From a virus (taxonomy: Duplodnaviria; Caudoviricetes), in the IMG/VR virus record IMGVR_UViG_3300032562_000035, positions 1 to 54,546 of that record: a stretch of DNA of 54,546 nt, one strand, 5' to 3'. A model generated the notes under the pieces. It searched no databases and was not told the DNA's origin. It was given only the letters and a program-made list of their open reading frames with translations. Of the stretch, positions 16,930 through 27,642 are shown piece by piece. Numbering within the stretch: the stretch's first letter is position 1; the number at the start of each line of letters is the position of its first letter. Both the position numbers and the translations under genes were made by a program.

Positions 16930-17343
16930 CTACTTGTGGGGGTGCTTGTGGCTCTTGCCCTTGTGCATGTGGTGTTCGGGGTTGTGCTTGGCGTGATCAC
17001 CACGGAGTTCGTGGGGATGGCCCTCACTGGTGTGGCTGTATTCGCTGGGCACACCCTCGTCCTTGCGTTCGCCCTCGCCCTTCTCACGCTTGGTATCGTG
17101 CTTGATGTGGGCAAACGACCCGCCCAGGTGACCCGCCTTGGCGTGGCCCAGGACATGCTCGGCGGGTTCGTGGAGAACATGGTCGATATGCTCCCCGATC
17201 ACCTCGCCCAGGGGGCCGGTGAAATGCTGCGGGGGCAGAACCACAGCGGCCTCGGCCAGCGTGGAATGCCCTGCGGTGGTGATGGTGCCCTGCCCGATGG
17301 TCTGGTGATACTTGATCTCCAGCTTCTCCGCGACGGTTTTCAT
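16930..17343 (-). CDS. His-rich small protein
   Basis: GGGAG RBS; 22 His in 137 aa. Confidence 0.7.
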   Translation of the reverse strand: MKTVAEKLEIKYHQTIGQGTITTAGHSTLAEAAVVLPPQHFTGPLGEVIGEHIDHVLHEPAEHVLGHAKAGHLGGSFAHIKHDTKREKGEGERKDEGVPSEYSHTSEGHPHELRGDHAKHNPEHHMHKGKSHKHPHK

Positions 17344-17424
17344 GGTTTCTCCCTTTTATGCCCGTAGTGGGCAAATTGTGCCCCATGCACAACCCCATGG
17401 TACGTCTTCCCTAGGAGCAGTCAA

Positions 17425-18903
17425 GTGAACGAACCCGCCCCACCCCAGCGCAGAAAGATGACAGAGGAAGAACTTGATGCCTACTTGGCAAAGATGTCGG
17501 CTCCCCAGGCCGCTGCGGCGGTCAAGGAGATGGAGGCCCTCCTAAAGAAGAAGCGGGAGGGTATGTTCTATACCTATAAGCCTCAAAACCATCAGATACC
17601 TATCCATAGCGACAAAAGGAAGATCGTAGAAGTCATGGGCGGGAATCGCAGTGGGAAATCGCATTGTTGCGGGTTCACCATGGCATGTCATATTTTAGGG
17701 GAGTATCCAGATTGGTGGCAAGGGCTTCGCCTAAATACCCCACCAGATGTCGGTGTTGTGTCTATCTCCACGGAACAGATGCGGAAATCGGCCCAGGTAA
17801 AATTAATGGGAGAACCACACGCCTTGGGCACTGGGTTCATCCCCGCCGACCGGATCATCGACAAGGCATGGCGTGGCGGCACCAACGGGTGCCTGGACTG
17901 GGTTCTGGTGCAACATGCCTCGGGAGGGGTCAGCCGGATCAATTTTATGACCAACGAGCAGGGGCAGACCAAGTTCATGGGTTACGCCTGGGACCTGTGC
18001 TGGTTTGATGAGGAACCCGACCTGAACATCTTCAACGAAGTCCAGATGCGTATGATCGACAAGCGTGGGCACATCATCATGTCCTTCTACCCCTACAATG
18101 GGACCACGGAACTGATCACCAAGCTGGACAACATATCGGGCGAATTCTGTGGGCATTACACCTTGTCGATGGAGGACAACAGCACCCTTGACCCGGAAGA
18201 GATCCGTATGCACATCGAATCCATGCCTGAATGGGAGAAGGAATCCCGTATCTATGGTCGCCCAGGAGTAGGCGAAGGCCGAATTTTTACCATGAGCCGC
18301 GATGAATATACAGTCGATCCGTTCGACATCGAACCAAACTGGAGGTGTATCGCTGGCCTTGATGTTGGTTTCGGACACGCCACCGGGGCGATTGAGATCG
18401 CCATTGATGACCAGGCAAATGTTGCCTATGTCTTCAGGGAATATATCAACAAGGGCAACCTGCCTATAGTCCACGCATCGGCCTTGCGTAAGTGGGGGGA
18501 TGTCGAGTTCAAGATCGACACATCGGCGCACCGGAGATCCGCAACGGACGGGAAGAACCTGTTCCAAATGTATACGGACGAGGGCCTGAACGTGTCCAAT
18601 GCCGACACTAAGGGCGGTTCGGTCCAGGCTTCGATCAATACCATCAACCAGATGCTGGCTGAAGGGAGGCTGTATATTTTCTCGACATGCCGCGAATTAT
18701 TCAAGCAAATGGGGCTTTATCGCATGACCAAGAATCAGAAGACCGGACAGGTTAAAGTCATTGAAAAGGATGATGACTTGATTGACCCTCTGCGATATGC
18801 GGTCATGGCGTTAGACCAAGCGAGAGTCCCCGGAGTCCCCCGGATGAAGCCGGTCCCAAGGATCGTGCAGTGGGCACCGACAAACCCGCGCATCGGCATT
18901 TAA
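17425..18903 (+). CDS. terL: Terminase large subunit
   Basis: Walker A GGNRSGKS, Walker B WFDEEP, nuclease GLDVGFGH and DDDLIDPLRYA. Confidence 0.95.
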   Translation: MNEPAPPQRRKMTEEELDAYLAKMSAPQAAAAVKEMEALLKKKREGMFYTYKPQNHQIPIHSDKRKIVEVMGGNRSGKSHCCGFTMACHILGEYPDWWQGLRLNTPPDVGVVSISTEQMRKSAQVKLMGEPHALGTGFIPADRIIDKAWRGGTNGCLDWVLVQHASGGVSRINFMTNEQGQTKFMGYAWDLCWFDEEPDLNIFNEVQMRMIDKRGHIIMSFYPYNGTTELITKLDNISGEFCGHYTLSMEDNSTLDPEEIRMHIESMPEWEKESRIYGRPGVGEGRIFTMSRDEYTVDPFDIEPNWRCIAGLDVGFGHATGAIEIAIDDQANVAYVFREYINKGNLPIVHASALRKWGDVEFKIDTSAHRRSATDGKNLFQMYTDEGLNVSNADTKGGSVQASINTINQMLAEGRLYIFSTCRELFKQMGLYRMTKNQKTGQVKVIEKDDDLIDPLRYAVMALDQARVPGVPRMKPVPRIVQWAPTNPRIGI

Positions 18904-18913
18904 TACCTGGCTA

Positions 18914-18942
18914 TTGACAGGGCATATCTTGCCCACCATACT
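18914..18942 (+). promoter_or_regulatory. Late-operon promoter with an operator in the spacer
   Basis: TTGACA-17-CATACT; GGCATATCTTGCC at 18921-18933. Confidence 0.8.
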
Positions 18943-18961
18943 CCAGGACAGAGGTGGGTAA

Positions 18962-21280
18962 ATGCCTGGACCCAAGGGTCTCTCGATGATGGAGTCAGAG
19001 TCCACACCTCCATCCATTGTGGAAGGTTACGGGGGAACCGAAACCGGAGATAAGCTCGCTACCAGGGTCTTGAAGGACTGGACGCTTTCATCTTCCGCAA
19101 GACTCTTCCAGGAGCAACAGGTCTTCGTTCGTGCCTTATTCAACTCCAGGGCTTATTACCTTGTGGAGCGGGATGACACGGGTGGGACCACCACCACTTC
19201 CCAGGCGGCAGTGAACTCCACCCGCCCCAAGTTGCAGACCGCTGAAGCCCTTCTGATGCCCATCGTGTGTCCTCCGGGTCAGAACTGCTTCACCATCGAC
19301 CCCGACCCAGAAGCGATGGACCCGAAGGACGCATGGGAACTGCTGCAAAAGCAGATCCCCCCTGACCAGATCAGGGACATGCTGTTCCAGAAGGCGGGGC
19401 AGAAGGCTGACCGGCTCACCGCGAAGATCCAGAAGAGTGATGACTTCACTCGGATGAACGACAAGCTTCTACTTCACAACTGGGACTTCATCACTTTCGG
19501 GACCGGCATCATGCTTGGCCCCCTCGCGGTCAAGAACCCGGAACTGTCGGAAGCACCCCAGGAAGACCAGGAGCAGGACAGCACGGTCTGGACCCCAACG
19601 GTCGGCCAGCCCTTCGATGGCAAGGCCATGAAGATGATGATCGACATGGGTCTGTTCGATGAATATCTCGCTGACATGCAGCGCATCTGCCCCCTGGACT
19701 GCTACCCCGACCCTGCCGCCTCCACGGTTGAGATGTGCCGGTTCATCATCTGGCGTATGAGCCTGGGCAAGGGCCAGGTCATGGCAATGGCCGAAGAGGA
19801 CGGATTCCGCAAGGATGTCATCAAGCAGATCCTGGAAGACCACCCCAATGGCATCTGGCAGCCGACCTACTGGGAAACGGCAGTCAATTCTCTCAACAAG
19901 CAACCGGCGCAGACCTTGCCCAACGGTCGCTTCGTCTGCCACCAATGGTGGGGCTACCTGACTGGTCGGGAACTGGCGGAACAGCCTGGGCTTGAGGAAG
20001 CGATCCCCAAGTCCCGTTACGATGAGCGGGTGGTGGCGCAGATCTGGGTCATGGCGAACAAGGTGATCAAGGTCGCCATCTCCGAACTGCACAACGAGCG
20101 ACTCCCCTTCTATTTCTCCCCCTACTCCGTGGCTACCAACTCCATCTGGGGTGTCGGTGTCGCGGAGATGATGTTCGACCAGCATGATGGGATCCAGGCT
20201 TGCGAGCGAGCCATCATGGATGCCATGGCTATGAGCATCGCCCCCCAGATGACCGTGGATGTGGATCAGCTTGCCGACCCGATGACGGTCCTGGAACTGA
20301 AACCCCGCAAGATCTGGGCAATCCGGGGCAAGGTTGGAGCCACCGGGAAACCCATCGACTTCTTCCTGCCCCAGTACGATTTCTCGGCCATGCTCCAGGT
20401 CCAGCAGAACGAAGAGCGTCTGGCTGACGAGCAGACCGGCCTCCCCCGCTTCCTGAATGGCAACAACGATGGTGCCCATAACCGGACACTCGGTGGTGCC
20501 AGTCTCCAGTGGGACAATGCCCTGACCACGCTGAAAACCGCTGTCTACAATATGGAGAACAACCTGATCGTCCCAATGACGAACAAGAAGATCCGGTTCT
20601 TCCAGAAGTTCTCCAAGGATCCACTGGTCAAGGGCAGTTACCGTGTCACCGCGCATGGGGTCAAGGGCCTCTTAGCCAGGGAAACGCTCATCCAGGCCAT
20701 GGGTCTGCTGCTTCAGAATGTCGGGAACATCCCCGATGAAGTCGGTCGGCTCAAGATGTCCAACTTCTTCGCCTCCTACCTGCGCTACTCCGGTCTGGTC
20801 AACGAGGATTTGGTCTACTCCGATTCCGAATACCAGCAGATCCAGCAGCAGAAGGCGGAAGAGGCAGAGAAGTCGGCAGCCTACCAGGGCGGTATCCAGG
20901 CTTCCGTCAATGCCCAGCCGAAACTGAGGGCGGAACTCCCACCGAAGGATGCCCTGGTCGAAATGGTCAAGGAAGCCCCGGAGAATTCGCCCCTCCGCAT
21001 TGCCTACATGAAGATGGTCAACCAGGTCTATGGCTTCCAGTCCCCTGAGATCAATAAGGCCATGGCCGAAGAGGACCAGATGGCGCACCTCACGGATCTC
21101 CATGAAGCGCACGGGATGGGCCATGACGTTGGCAACCGGCCTTTCGAGCCAGCCAATAATCCGCTCCAGAATCATCCCCACCTGATGCCTCCGGTCCCCG
21201 GTGGAGACAACGGCATCACCCTCCCCAAGGGGATGTCTATCGGCCCGACCAAGCCTCACGGGAAGGGAGGTAGACGATGA
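18962..21280 (+). CDS. Portal protein
   Basis: 772 aa after terL; TRPK, FGTGI, YPDP, SIWGVGVAEMM, RT.GG motifs of podoviral portals. Confidence 0.88.
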   Translation: MPGPKGLSMMESESTPPSIVEGYGGTETGDKLATRVLKDWTLSSSARLFQEQQVFVRALFNSRAYYLVERDDTGGTTTTSQAAVNSTRPKLQTAEALLMPIVCPPGQNCFTIDPDPEAMDPKDAWELLQKQIPPDQIRDMLFQKAGQKADRLTAKIQKSDDFTRMNDKLLLHNWDFITFGTGIMLGPLAVKNPELSEAPQEDQEQDSTVWTPTVGQPFDGKAMKMMIDMGLFDEYLADMQRICPLDCYPDPAASTVEMCRFIIWRMSLGKGQVMAMAEEDGFRKDVIKQILEDHPNGIWQPTYWETAVNSLNKQPAQTLPNGRFVCHQWWGYLTGRELAEQPGLEEAIPKSRYDERVVAQIWVMANKVIKVAISELHNERLPFYFSPYSVATNSIWGVGVAEMMFDQHDGIQACERAIMDAMAMSIAPQMTVDVDQLADPMTVLELKPRKIWAIRGKVGATGKPIDFFLPQYDFSAMLQVQQNEERLADEQTGLPRFLNGNNDGAHNRTLGGASLQWDNALTTLKTAVYNMENNLIVPMTNKKIRFFQKFSKDPLVKGSYRVTAHGVKGLLARETLIQAMGLLLQNVGNIPDEVGRLKMSNFFASYLRYSGLVNEDLVYSDSEYQQIQQQKAEEAEKSAAYQGGIQASVNAQPKLRAELPPKDALVEMVKEAPENSPLRIAYMKMVNQVYGFQSPEINKAMAEEDQMAHLTDLHEAHGMGHDVGNRPFEPANNPLQNHPHLMPPVPGGDNGITLPKGMSIGPTKPHGKGGRR

Positions 21281-21525
21281 CCACGCGCCGGTTCGCCAAC
21301 GCCTCCGACCGGGAACTGGTTTCCAAGGTGATTTCCCTCGCTCATTCAGAGATGGGGGATGCCTTGAACGAGTTCTGCGAGAGGGCCGTGGACTCCGCGC
21401 ATAGGGACCTGGAAAAGATCTACAATGACCCCCCTGCCGTGACTCTATTGCAGGGTCGCATCGCTCAACTCAGAGACCTCCTTAACCTACTCAACCCATC
21501 AGCACCTCTGGTTGGAAACTTCTAG
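21277..21525 (+). CDS. Small portal-adjacent protein
   Basis: ATGA-coupled; LLQGRIAQLRDLLNL. Confidence 0.7.
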   Translation: MTTRRFANASDRELVSKVISLAHSEMGDALNEFCERAVDSAHRDLEKIYNDPPAVTLLQGRIAQLRDLLNLLNPSAPLVGNF

Positions 21526-21544
21526 AGCCTGAACAGGAGAACCC

Positions 21545-22675
21545 GTGCCTACCACTGAATACGATCCCGCAACCCTGAAGCGTGTCATCAATCACGATGC
21601 GTCCCGAAGGCAGAAACAGTTGGATGCCGTTATGGCGAAGCTGGCCGAAGAACAGCCAGGACTCGTTGAACAGCCTTCCCTGCACGAAGCCCCGACTCCC
21701 GCACCCATTGAAGACGAGAAGACTGCCCTCCCCGCGCCGGTCCTTGAACCCGCCAGCGAACTCCCCGAACTGCCTCCCCTGGAGCCACCTCCCGCTGAAG
21801 AACCCGCACCGGCAACGGACTGGGAAACGGAAGCGAAGCGGTGGCAGAAGCGGTACGGTGACATCCAGAAGATCGTCACCCCCCTCCAGCAGAAGAGCAT
21901 CGTGGAAGCGAAGGAACGGGAAAGCACCAAATCTGAGATCCAGGCCCTGAAAGAGATGATCACCACCCTGGCTCAGACTGTCGCGCAAGCTTCTCTCCCC
22001 AAACAGGAACCGTCCTACGATCCCGACCTGGATCCCGACCTGGACAACATCGACCCCATTCTCGCGGAACGGTTCCGCAGGATGAACCGGTCCATGGCCC
22101 AGTCGAACCAGGCCGCTGAACGGAAACTGCGTGAAGAGATTGAGGCTTTGAAGCAGAAGGACCAGGAACGGCAGCGACTCAGCGAAACGTCACAGGCACA
22201 GGCGCAGGACACAGCCTGGGAAGCCACCTTCACCACCCTAGTCCCCGACTTCGCCCAGTTCCTGCCTGGGACCCCGCACGGTCAGAATCTGGCTGTATGG
22301 GCCTCGAAGATGGCCCCCGAATACACGGCTGCCATCGAGAGACCGAAATCTTATACCCCTTACTTCGTGGCGCAGATCGTCAACGCCTACAAGGCATCCC
22401 TGAGGCCTTCAGCCGCCACCCGCAAGCCTTCCCTGGGTGACATCGCCAATCCGTCCCTGACGGGTTCGGCTCCCGTGAAGGTCTCCGTGGTCGAACCGGA
22501 ATCGTTCTGCTCGACCTACGAGATGCAGAACGCCTCCAAGATCATGGACGAGATGATGAGGAAGGCTACCAACACGAAGAATAAGGATGACCGTGCTGCG
22601 CTTCTCCAGGAAGCGGAAGACTTCTCTTCCAAGTATCAGCGAACCCTTCAGAAACGAAACAACCAAAGAGGATAG
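21545..22675 (+). CDS. Capsid scaffolding protein
   Basis: Acidic Pro-rich N-terminus, W..RYGD.QK, coiled coils; lies between portal and capsid. Confidence 0.75.
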   Translation: MPTTEYDPATLKRVINHDASRRQKQLDAVMAKLAEEQPGLVEQPSLHEAPTPAPIEDEKTALPAPVLEPASELPELPPLEPPPAEEPAPATDWETEAKRWQKRYGDIQKIVTPLQQKSIVEAKERESTKSEIQALKEMITTLAQTVAQASLPKQEPSYDPDLDPDLDNIDPILAERFRRMNRSMAQSNQAAERKLREEIEALKQKDQERQRLSETSQAQAQDTAWEATFTTLVPDFAQFLPGTPHGQNLAVWASKMAPEYTAAIERPKSYTPYFVAQIVNAYKASLRPSAATRKPSLGDIANPSLTGSAPVKVSVVEPESFCSTYEMQNASKIMDEMMRKATNTKNKDDRAALLQEAEDFSSKYQRTLQKRNNQRG

Positions 22676-22678
22676 AGC

Positions 22679-23179
22679 ATGGCGATCTATGACCTAACTA
22701 CCCCTCTCAGTGCTGGTAACTCGGTCGGCTTCCTGCCGAATCGTGTCAATCAGCTTTGGGAAGGCCCCCCCACCCGTGTTCGCCGCCGCATTGTCACCAT
22801 CGGGTCTCCCGACTGGACGAACAGTGTGACCGGCGTTTACACCACCCCCGCCCCCGGTGATGTTGCCAGGACCAACCCCATCGACCTCGGGGCCCTGGTC
22901 ACCGCTGTCTGGCTGAACGTCCTGAACACCTCAAGTGTAGCTTCTTCGATCGCCTATCTGGGCGACTCCGCTGCCTACAATACCTTCACTACCGTCGGGA
23001 TCCCCCTCACGGCTACCACCTCGAACATGATCACCACCGGCACCCCGAAGTGGTATTCGACCGCTGCGGATTACCTGCTGCTCACTCTGGGCAACACGGC
23101 TGCCACTGCCGGGACGGGTGCAGTCGTGGATACGGGCTTCGTTGCCATCAGCGTGATCCCCTACGCTTCCATTGAATAG
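22679..23179 (+). CDS. Capsid decoration/cement protein, paralogue A
   Basis: Beta-rich; paralogous to the next gene (DLTTPL, LPNRxNQLW, KWYSTxADYLL, VIPY). Confidence 0.6.
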   Translation: MAIYDLTTPLSAGNSVGFLPNRVNQLWEGPPTRVRRRIVTIGSPDWTNSVTGVYTTPAPGDVARTNPIDLGALVTAVWLNVLNTSSVASSIAYLGDSAAYNTFTTVGIPLTATTSNMITTGTPKWYSTAADYLLLTLGNTAATAGTGAVVDTGFVAISVIPYASIE

Positions 23180-23186
23180 GTGAACC

Positions 23187-23657
23187 ATGGCGAGCAATAT
23201 TGACCTGACCACCCCCCTGACCTCCGGTTCCAACACCGGTTATCTCCCCAACCGTGCCAACCAGCTTTGGGCTGGACCTCCGTCCTATCTGCGCCGCCGC
23301 ACCTTCACGGTCGGTGGCCCTGAGTGGGGTGGGGTCACCCCCGCCGCCGCCGATACCATCAAGTGCTTCCCCTTCGGTATTGGTGATATCTCCGAACAGG
23401 TCTTCACCAACGTTGTGGTCGGCTTCGGTGCCGCTTGCAACTTCAGTGTCGGTGACTCCGGTGGTGCCACCCAGTATCTGAGTGCTGTTTCTGCCCAGAC
23501 TGCTGGGAATACCCAGCTTGCTGCCGCTACCACCGCCAAGTGGTATTCCACCACTGCCGACTACCTCCTGATCACCATCGGAGCCACCGCCGCCACTGGA
23601 GTCCAGTTGGAAGTCGGCTGTGTGGTTGACTCCGTCATCCCCTACACCAACGAATAA
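23187..23657 (+). CDS. Capsid decoration/cement protein, paralogue B
   Basis: Shares the motifs of paralogue A. Confidence 0.6.
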   Translation: MASNIDLTTPLTSGSNTGYLPNRANQLWAGPPSYLRRRTFTVGGPEWGGVTPAAADTIKCFPFGIGDISEQVFTNVVVGFGAACNFSVGDSGGATQYLSAVSAQTAGNTQLAAATTAKWYSTTADYLLITIGATAATGVQLEVGCVVDSVIPYTNE

Positions 23658-23675
23658 CTTTCTAGGAGCATTACC

Positions 23676-24611
23676 ATGGCTGGCAATATCACCGGCAGTT
23701 CCTTCAACAACCTTACCTCCTTCAAGCCCCAGCTTTACCCCCTCCAGTTCATCCAGAAGTTCTATGCGGGGTCGATCACCAACTACATCTGCAATACCAA
23801 CTGGGAAGGTGACATCCTCGGACCTGGCACCACGGTCAACCTCCGTCAGATCCCTGACGTTGCGGTTGCCGCAGCGACCAATGACGGTGATGTGAACTGG
23901 CAGTCCATCCAGGCTTCCTCCATCCAGCTTGTCATCAACTATGCGTTCAACGGCGCGTACTGGGTGACCGATGTGGATCGGGTCGCCATTGATGTGGACA
24001 TGGAAGGTGCCCTGATCAATGAGATGATCAACAAGCTTCGGCTTGCCATCGAATCCACGATCCTGGGTTCCATCTACGCTTCGGCGGCGAACATCATCCC
24101 CATCGCTTCGATGAACTCCACCACCACTTGCTGGAATGGCGGCATCTCCGCTACCCAGCCGAACTCCAACGCTGTCGCCTACGTCAACATGGCAGCGCAG
24201 TACCTGGATGTCGGTGCCGGTAACGGCATTGACGTTGCGCCCTGGGAGGACCGATTCCTGGTCATCCACCCCAACATGCGCTTCGGTCTCGTCCAGTCCC
24301 CCGGCTACTACGCTCTGAACGCCGGGACCCCCAAGGGTGCGCTCTACGAGGGCTGGCTGGGCTACGCTTCCGGCTTCAACATCCTCCAGTCCCCCCTGGT
24401 CCCCGGTGCTGGCACCAACGCTTCGCCCTACCAGGCGATTGCTGGTCACCCCGAAGCTACCACCATGGCGACCAAGTTCACCAACGTCCAGGCTGACATC
24501 ATCCTGCCCAACAAGTTCGGCATCGGCACCCGCTGCCAGAACTTCTTCGGCTTCGTGGTGACCAAGCCCTGGCTCCTGGTCAACCTCCAGACCGGCCTCG
24601 CCGGTTCGTAA
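23676..24611 (+). CDS. Major capsid protein (P22/T7-like coat)
   Basis: FxPxxY, NTNWEGDI..PGTTVNL, VP-like APWEDRFLVIHP, GFNILQS; strong codon bias. Confidence 0.88.
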   Translation: MAGNITGSSFNNLTSFKPQLYPLQFIQKFYAGSITNYICNTNWEGDILGPGTTVNLRQIPDVAVAAATNDGDVNWQSIQASSIQLVINYAFNGAYWVTDVDRVAIDVDMEGALINEMINKLRLAIESTILGSIYASAANIIPIASMNSTTTCWNGGISATQPNSNAVAYVNMAAQYLDVGAGNGIDVAPWEDRFLVIHPNMRFGLVQSPGYYALNAGTPKGALYEGWLGYASGFNILQSPLVPGAGTNASPYQAIAGHPEATTMATKFTNVQADIILPNKFGIGTRCQNFFGFVVTKPWLLVNLQTGLAGS

Positions 24612-24623
24612 GCGGCAACAATG

Positions 24624-24659
24624 GCGGGGGGTTTCGGCCCCCCGCTTACTTTCTTCTTC
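24624..24659 (+). terminator. Stem-loop/terminator after the capsid gene
   Basis: GCGGGGGG...CCCCCCGC followed by a T-rich tract. Confidence 0.6.
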
Positions 24660-24689
24660 AACCTCAACCCACTCCCATGGAGACCTCCA

Positions 24690-25091
24690 ATGCCTGTCGA
24701 ACTCATCGAACTGATCCCCCCCGAAGTGAAACTGGAATCCCGCCAGTGCAAGGAGATCATCAACAAGATCAGTGGTTTCTCTTGGACCCGTGATCTGGAC
24801 CCCCGTGCCCGTTGGGCCACCCTGTATTACGAAGCCAAGATGAACGAGAAGCAGTTCGACTGCATTATGGACGATAAGGAGCAGACCGTCATGGAGGTGG
24901 AGGGCGAAGAAGGCCCCGAAATCCGTGAGGTCTTCAACCAGATCGAACTGGAGGCGCAGTCGATGCGGAAACTCCAGGAAGTTGGTAGACTGTATGGTGT
25001 CAGGGGAGTGCGGAAGCGCGACCTGATCCTCCAGATCCTCCAGGCGCAGACCAAACTCGTTCTTAGGGCAAAGACAGAACAGGGGAAGTAA
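24690..25091 (+). CDS. Hypothetical protein with a C-terminal Rho-N/HeH-like motif
   Basis: LEAQSMRKLQEVGRLYGVRGVRKRDLILQIL. Confidence 0.6.
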   Translation: MPVELIELIPPEVKLESRQCKEIINKISGFSWTRDLDPRARWATLYYEAKMNEKQFDCIMDDKEQTVMEVEGEEGPEIREVFNQIELEAQSMRKLQEVGRLYGVRGVRKRDLILQILQAQTKLVLRAKTEQGK

Positions 25092-25094
25092 GCC

Positions 25095-26219
25095 ATGAGC
25101 TTCACCACCAGGTCGCTTCTTGGACGAGTCTCTAAGTTCCGATCCGATCTACCGGACTCGGGAGTCACTGAGTACTTCCTCCAGGAAGCGGCTAGGCGTG
25201 TAATGCAGGACACGTTCCTTGGGCAGATCGTGCAGAGGACGTTCTTCCTCCCTAGGCGGGTGGACACGATCCTGTTCACGGCGAACATCCCCTGGTGGGA
25301 TGTCACCAATGCCCAGCCGAACATGGCTTACGTCCCGAATACGAACACCTACTTGACGGGGACCAACTCGCTCGGGTTGGACCCCAACATGATGTTCCTC
25401 CCGGCCTGTGATGACTACAGCACGGCGACCTCTGGGCAGCTTGACCCTGTAGACATCCTCCGGTTCACGAACCTGAAGATCGCCAATGCCGCGATCTCTC
25501 CATCTCCGGGTACTGGAAATTTCAGAGGGTATTTCAAGGCCATTCCATCAACCACGGGGTGGACGATGGGAGATTTTATCATCCTGATGGTGGGGGGATC
25601 CATCACCCAGAGTTCCATTACCTCTTATTGGAACGGGGACGATGTTGCCTATTGGAATAATGCCACCTCCATGTGGACGTTCCTCCCGGCGAACCAGTTC
25701 ATCAACCTCGCGCAGCAGAGCGCAGGTAACGCAGAACACTCCCCATCGGCTCCAGTGATCCTGCCCCCGCAGTCTAACCCATCGAACACCTATCCGGCCT
25801 TCTGGACGCAGCGCAGCGGCAGGATGGCCTATCTCCAGTCCGGTGCGAACCTGTACACAGGGTTCACCGGGATGCAGATCAAGCTCTACAATGCGTCCTC
25901 CTACGACACGGCTTTCCAGGTTCAGTATTCATGTATCCCGAATGGGGACATCGGGAACATGGAGTTGAACCTGCCCGATGAAGCCAGGGATGCCATCGTG
26001 GATCTCTGCTTGTCGGATATCCTGTCCCTGCCAGGCACGGGGCAGAACCTGATCTTGTCGGAGAACAAGCGGGTGACCTACGAACAGGTCAAATCCAAAC
26101 TCGCTGCCCTTGGTGTCATGGGCATGGGTGGATCTACCACCTTCCACTCCCCGAACTTCGGCTCCAGGACGGGGCGGTCTTCGCCTTACTGGTTCTCCAA
26201 CTCGTTCCCCGGATGGTGA
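25095..26219 (+). CDS. Head-tail adaptor-like virion protein
   Basis: Position; N-terminal helix FLQEAARR and C-terminal LPDEARDAIV. Confidence 0.55.
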   Translation: MSFTTRSLLGRVSKFRSDLPDSGVTEYFLQEAARRVMQDTFLGQIVQRTFFLPRRVDTILFTANIPWWDVTNAQPNMAYVPNTNTYLTGTNSLGLDPNMMFLPACDDYSTATSGQLDPVDILRFTNLKIANAAISPSPGTGNFRGYFKAIPSTTGWTMGDFIILMVGGSITQSSITSYWNGDDVAYWNNATSMWTFLPANQFINLAQQSAGNAEHSPSAPVILPPQSNPSNTYPAFWTQRSGRMAYLQSGANLYTGFTGMQIKLYNASSYDTAFQVQYSCIPNGDIGNMELNLPDEARDAIVDLCLSDILSLPGTGQNLILSENKRVTYEQVKSKLAALGVMGMGGSTTFHSPNFGSRTGRSSPYWFSNSFPGW

Positions 26220-26222
26220 GCC

Positions 26223-26900
26223 ATGACCACTGTTTTAGTTACCCCCTATACCCTGCTGCAACTCCAGACGGACCTCTACGCTCTGTTGGGGGACTTCCAG
26301 CAGACTCGGTTCTCGGCAACGATGGTTACGGATGGCATCAACTTCGCCATCAAGACTATGGCGAGAAAGATGCGCTGCACCCGGGTAGAGGGTGTCATCC
26401 CAGTGATCGCAACCCCGACCGGGGAGAACTTTGGGATGGCAAGTCTGGTCTCCACGGTGACTCCGATCTACAACTTCACCGACTACCTGGAACTGATCAG
26501 GCTGGTCTGGGGTGGGGTTGGTTACACCTATGGGAACGGCCCCTACTATGAGATGACCCGCACCACCATTGAGTGGGAAGCGGAACGCAACCCTTACTGG
26601 AGACAGGCTGTCGGCCTCCCGCTGCGGTGGGGTTCCTGGGATGGGGCCTCCATCTTCGTCACCCCCTACAACCCCGTCCTGATGGGGACCAACGACAACT
26701 TCACCCTGTCGTATCTCCAGGCCCCCCAGTTGTTGGTCGCGGCATCAGACACGGTTGATGCCAGGGTCCCGATCAGCACCCAGCAGTACATCAAGTATGG
26801 TGCGGCTTCCTGGTTGCTGAGTCTCGACCAGAGCGACACCACTTCTCTCCAGACCGCCAAGACCTATTTGGACACGTTCAACGCTCTGCTGGAGGGTTGA
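26223..26900 (+). CDS. Head-tail adaptor / tail tubular protein A-like
   Basis: GINFA, G.P.RW, FVTP, LSYLQAP, YIKYGAA. Confidence 0.6.
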   Translation: MTTVLVTPYTLLQLQTDLYALLGDFQQTRFSATMVTDGINFAIKTMARKMRCTRVEGVIPVIATPTGENFGMASLVSTVTPIYNFTDYLELIRLVWGGVGYTYGNGPYYEMTRTTIEWEAERNPYWRQAVGLPLRWGSWDGASIFVTPYNPVLMGTNDNFTLSYLQAPQLLVAASDTVDARVPISTQQYIKYGAASWLLSLDQSDTTSLQTAKTYLDTFNALLEG

Positions 26901-27631
26901 TGATCACGAATTCGACCATCTACCAGAGCCCTTCAAGCCAGGACCCGTTCACCACCCTGGGGTCGGCGTTCCTCCCCCAGAGCATCTGGTACCAGACGGA
27001 CAATGGATTCCTGTTTGTCAGAAACACCGCAAATACGGGGTGGACGCTGTGGACCGCCCCCACTGTGACGGTGAACACGGCGAACCTTGGGCTTCTTCCC
27101 AAGAGCGGTGGCTTCACTGGGGGAGCCATGTTCGGAGCCAACGGGGTGATGACTGCCGATGGCACTTCGCTCCCCTTTAGTTCGGTTCCCCAGATTACAA
27201 GTAAGAATTCCCTTGCCGCTACCTTGGCTGATTTGGCTAACTTCTATGCCGCTGTCCAAGCCCAGATATCTGCCGCCACAGTCGCTGCGCTGAGTGCGAT
27301 CTATGTCCCCACTCTCCATAAGAGCATGTCATTCTCTATCGTCCAAAGTGTCGGGAGCAACTCTTCTTCTATCATCCCCGTGACAGCACCGATCTCAGGG
27401 CTGACCTACAGCGATGGTTCGGTGGTGAACCTGTTTGACATCTACGGGTTCGCTACTCCCCCCTTCCTTGGGGTGGGGGCCGCTATCGTGTCCCCATATG
27501 ACAACGGGAATTGGGCGGTGGATACGGTCCATGGGTCGGTTTGGGATGCCTACTACAGGGCCGCCGGAACCTACCAAATTTATAATCAGTCTCTGACATG
27601 GTTTATCTGGGCCATTAAGGCTACCGCTTAA
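26897..27631 (+). CDS. Virion structural protein, paralogue A
   Basis: Shares SPSSQDP, VRNxANTxWTL, MTADG and AIK with the next gene. Confidence 0.65.
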   Translation: MMITNSTIYQSPSSQDPFTTLGSAFLPQSIWYQTDNGFLFVRNTANTGWTLWTAPTVTVNTANLGLLPKSGGFTGGAMFGANGVMTADGTSLPFSSVPQITSKNSLAATLADLANFYAAVQAQISAATVAALSAIYVPTLHKSMSFSIVQSVGSNSSSIIPVTAPISGLTYSDGSVVNLFDIYGFATPPFLGVGAAIVSPYDNGNWAVDTVHGSVWDAYYRAAGTYQIYNQSLTWFIWAIKATA

Positions 27632-27642
27632 CAGGAGTCCCG

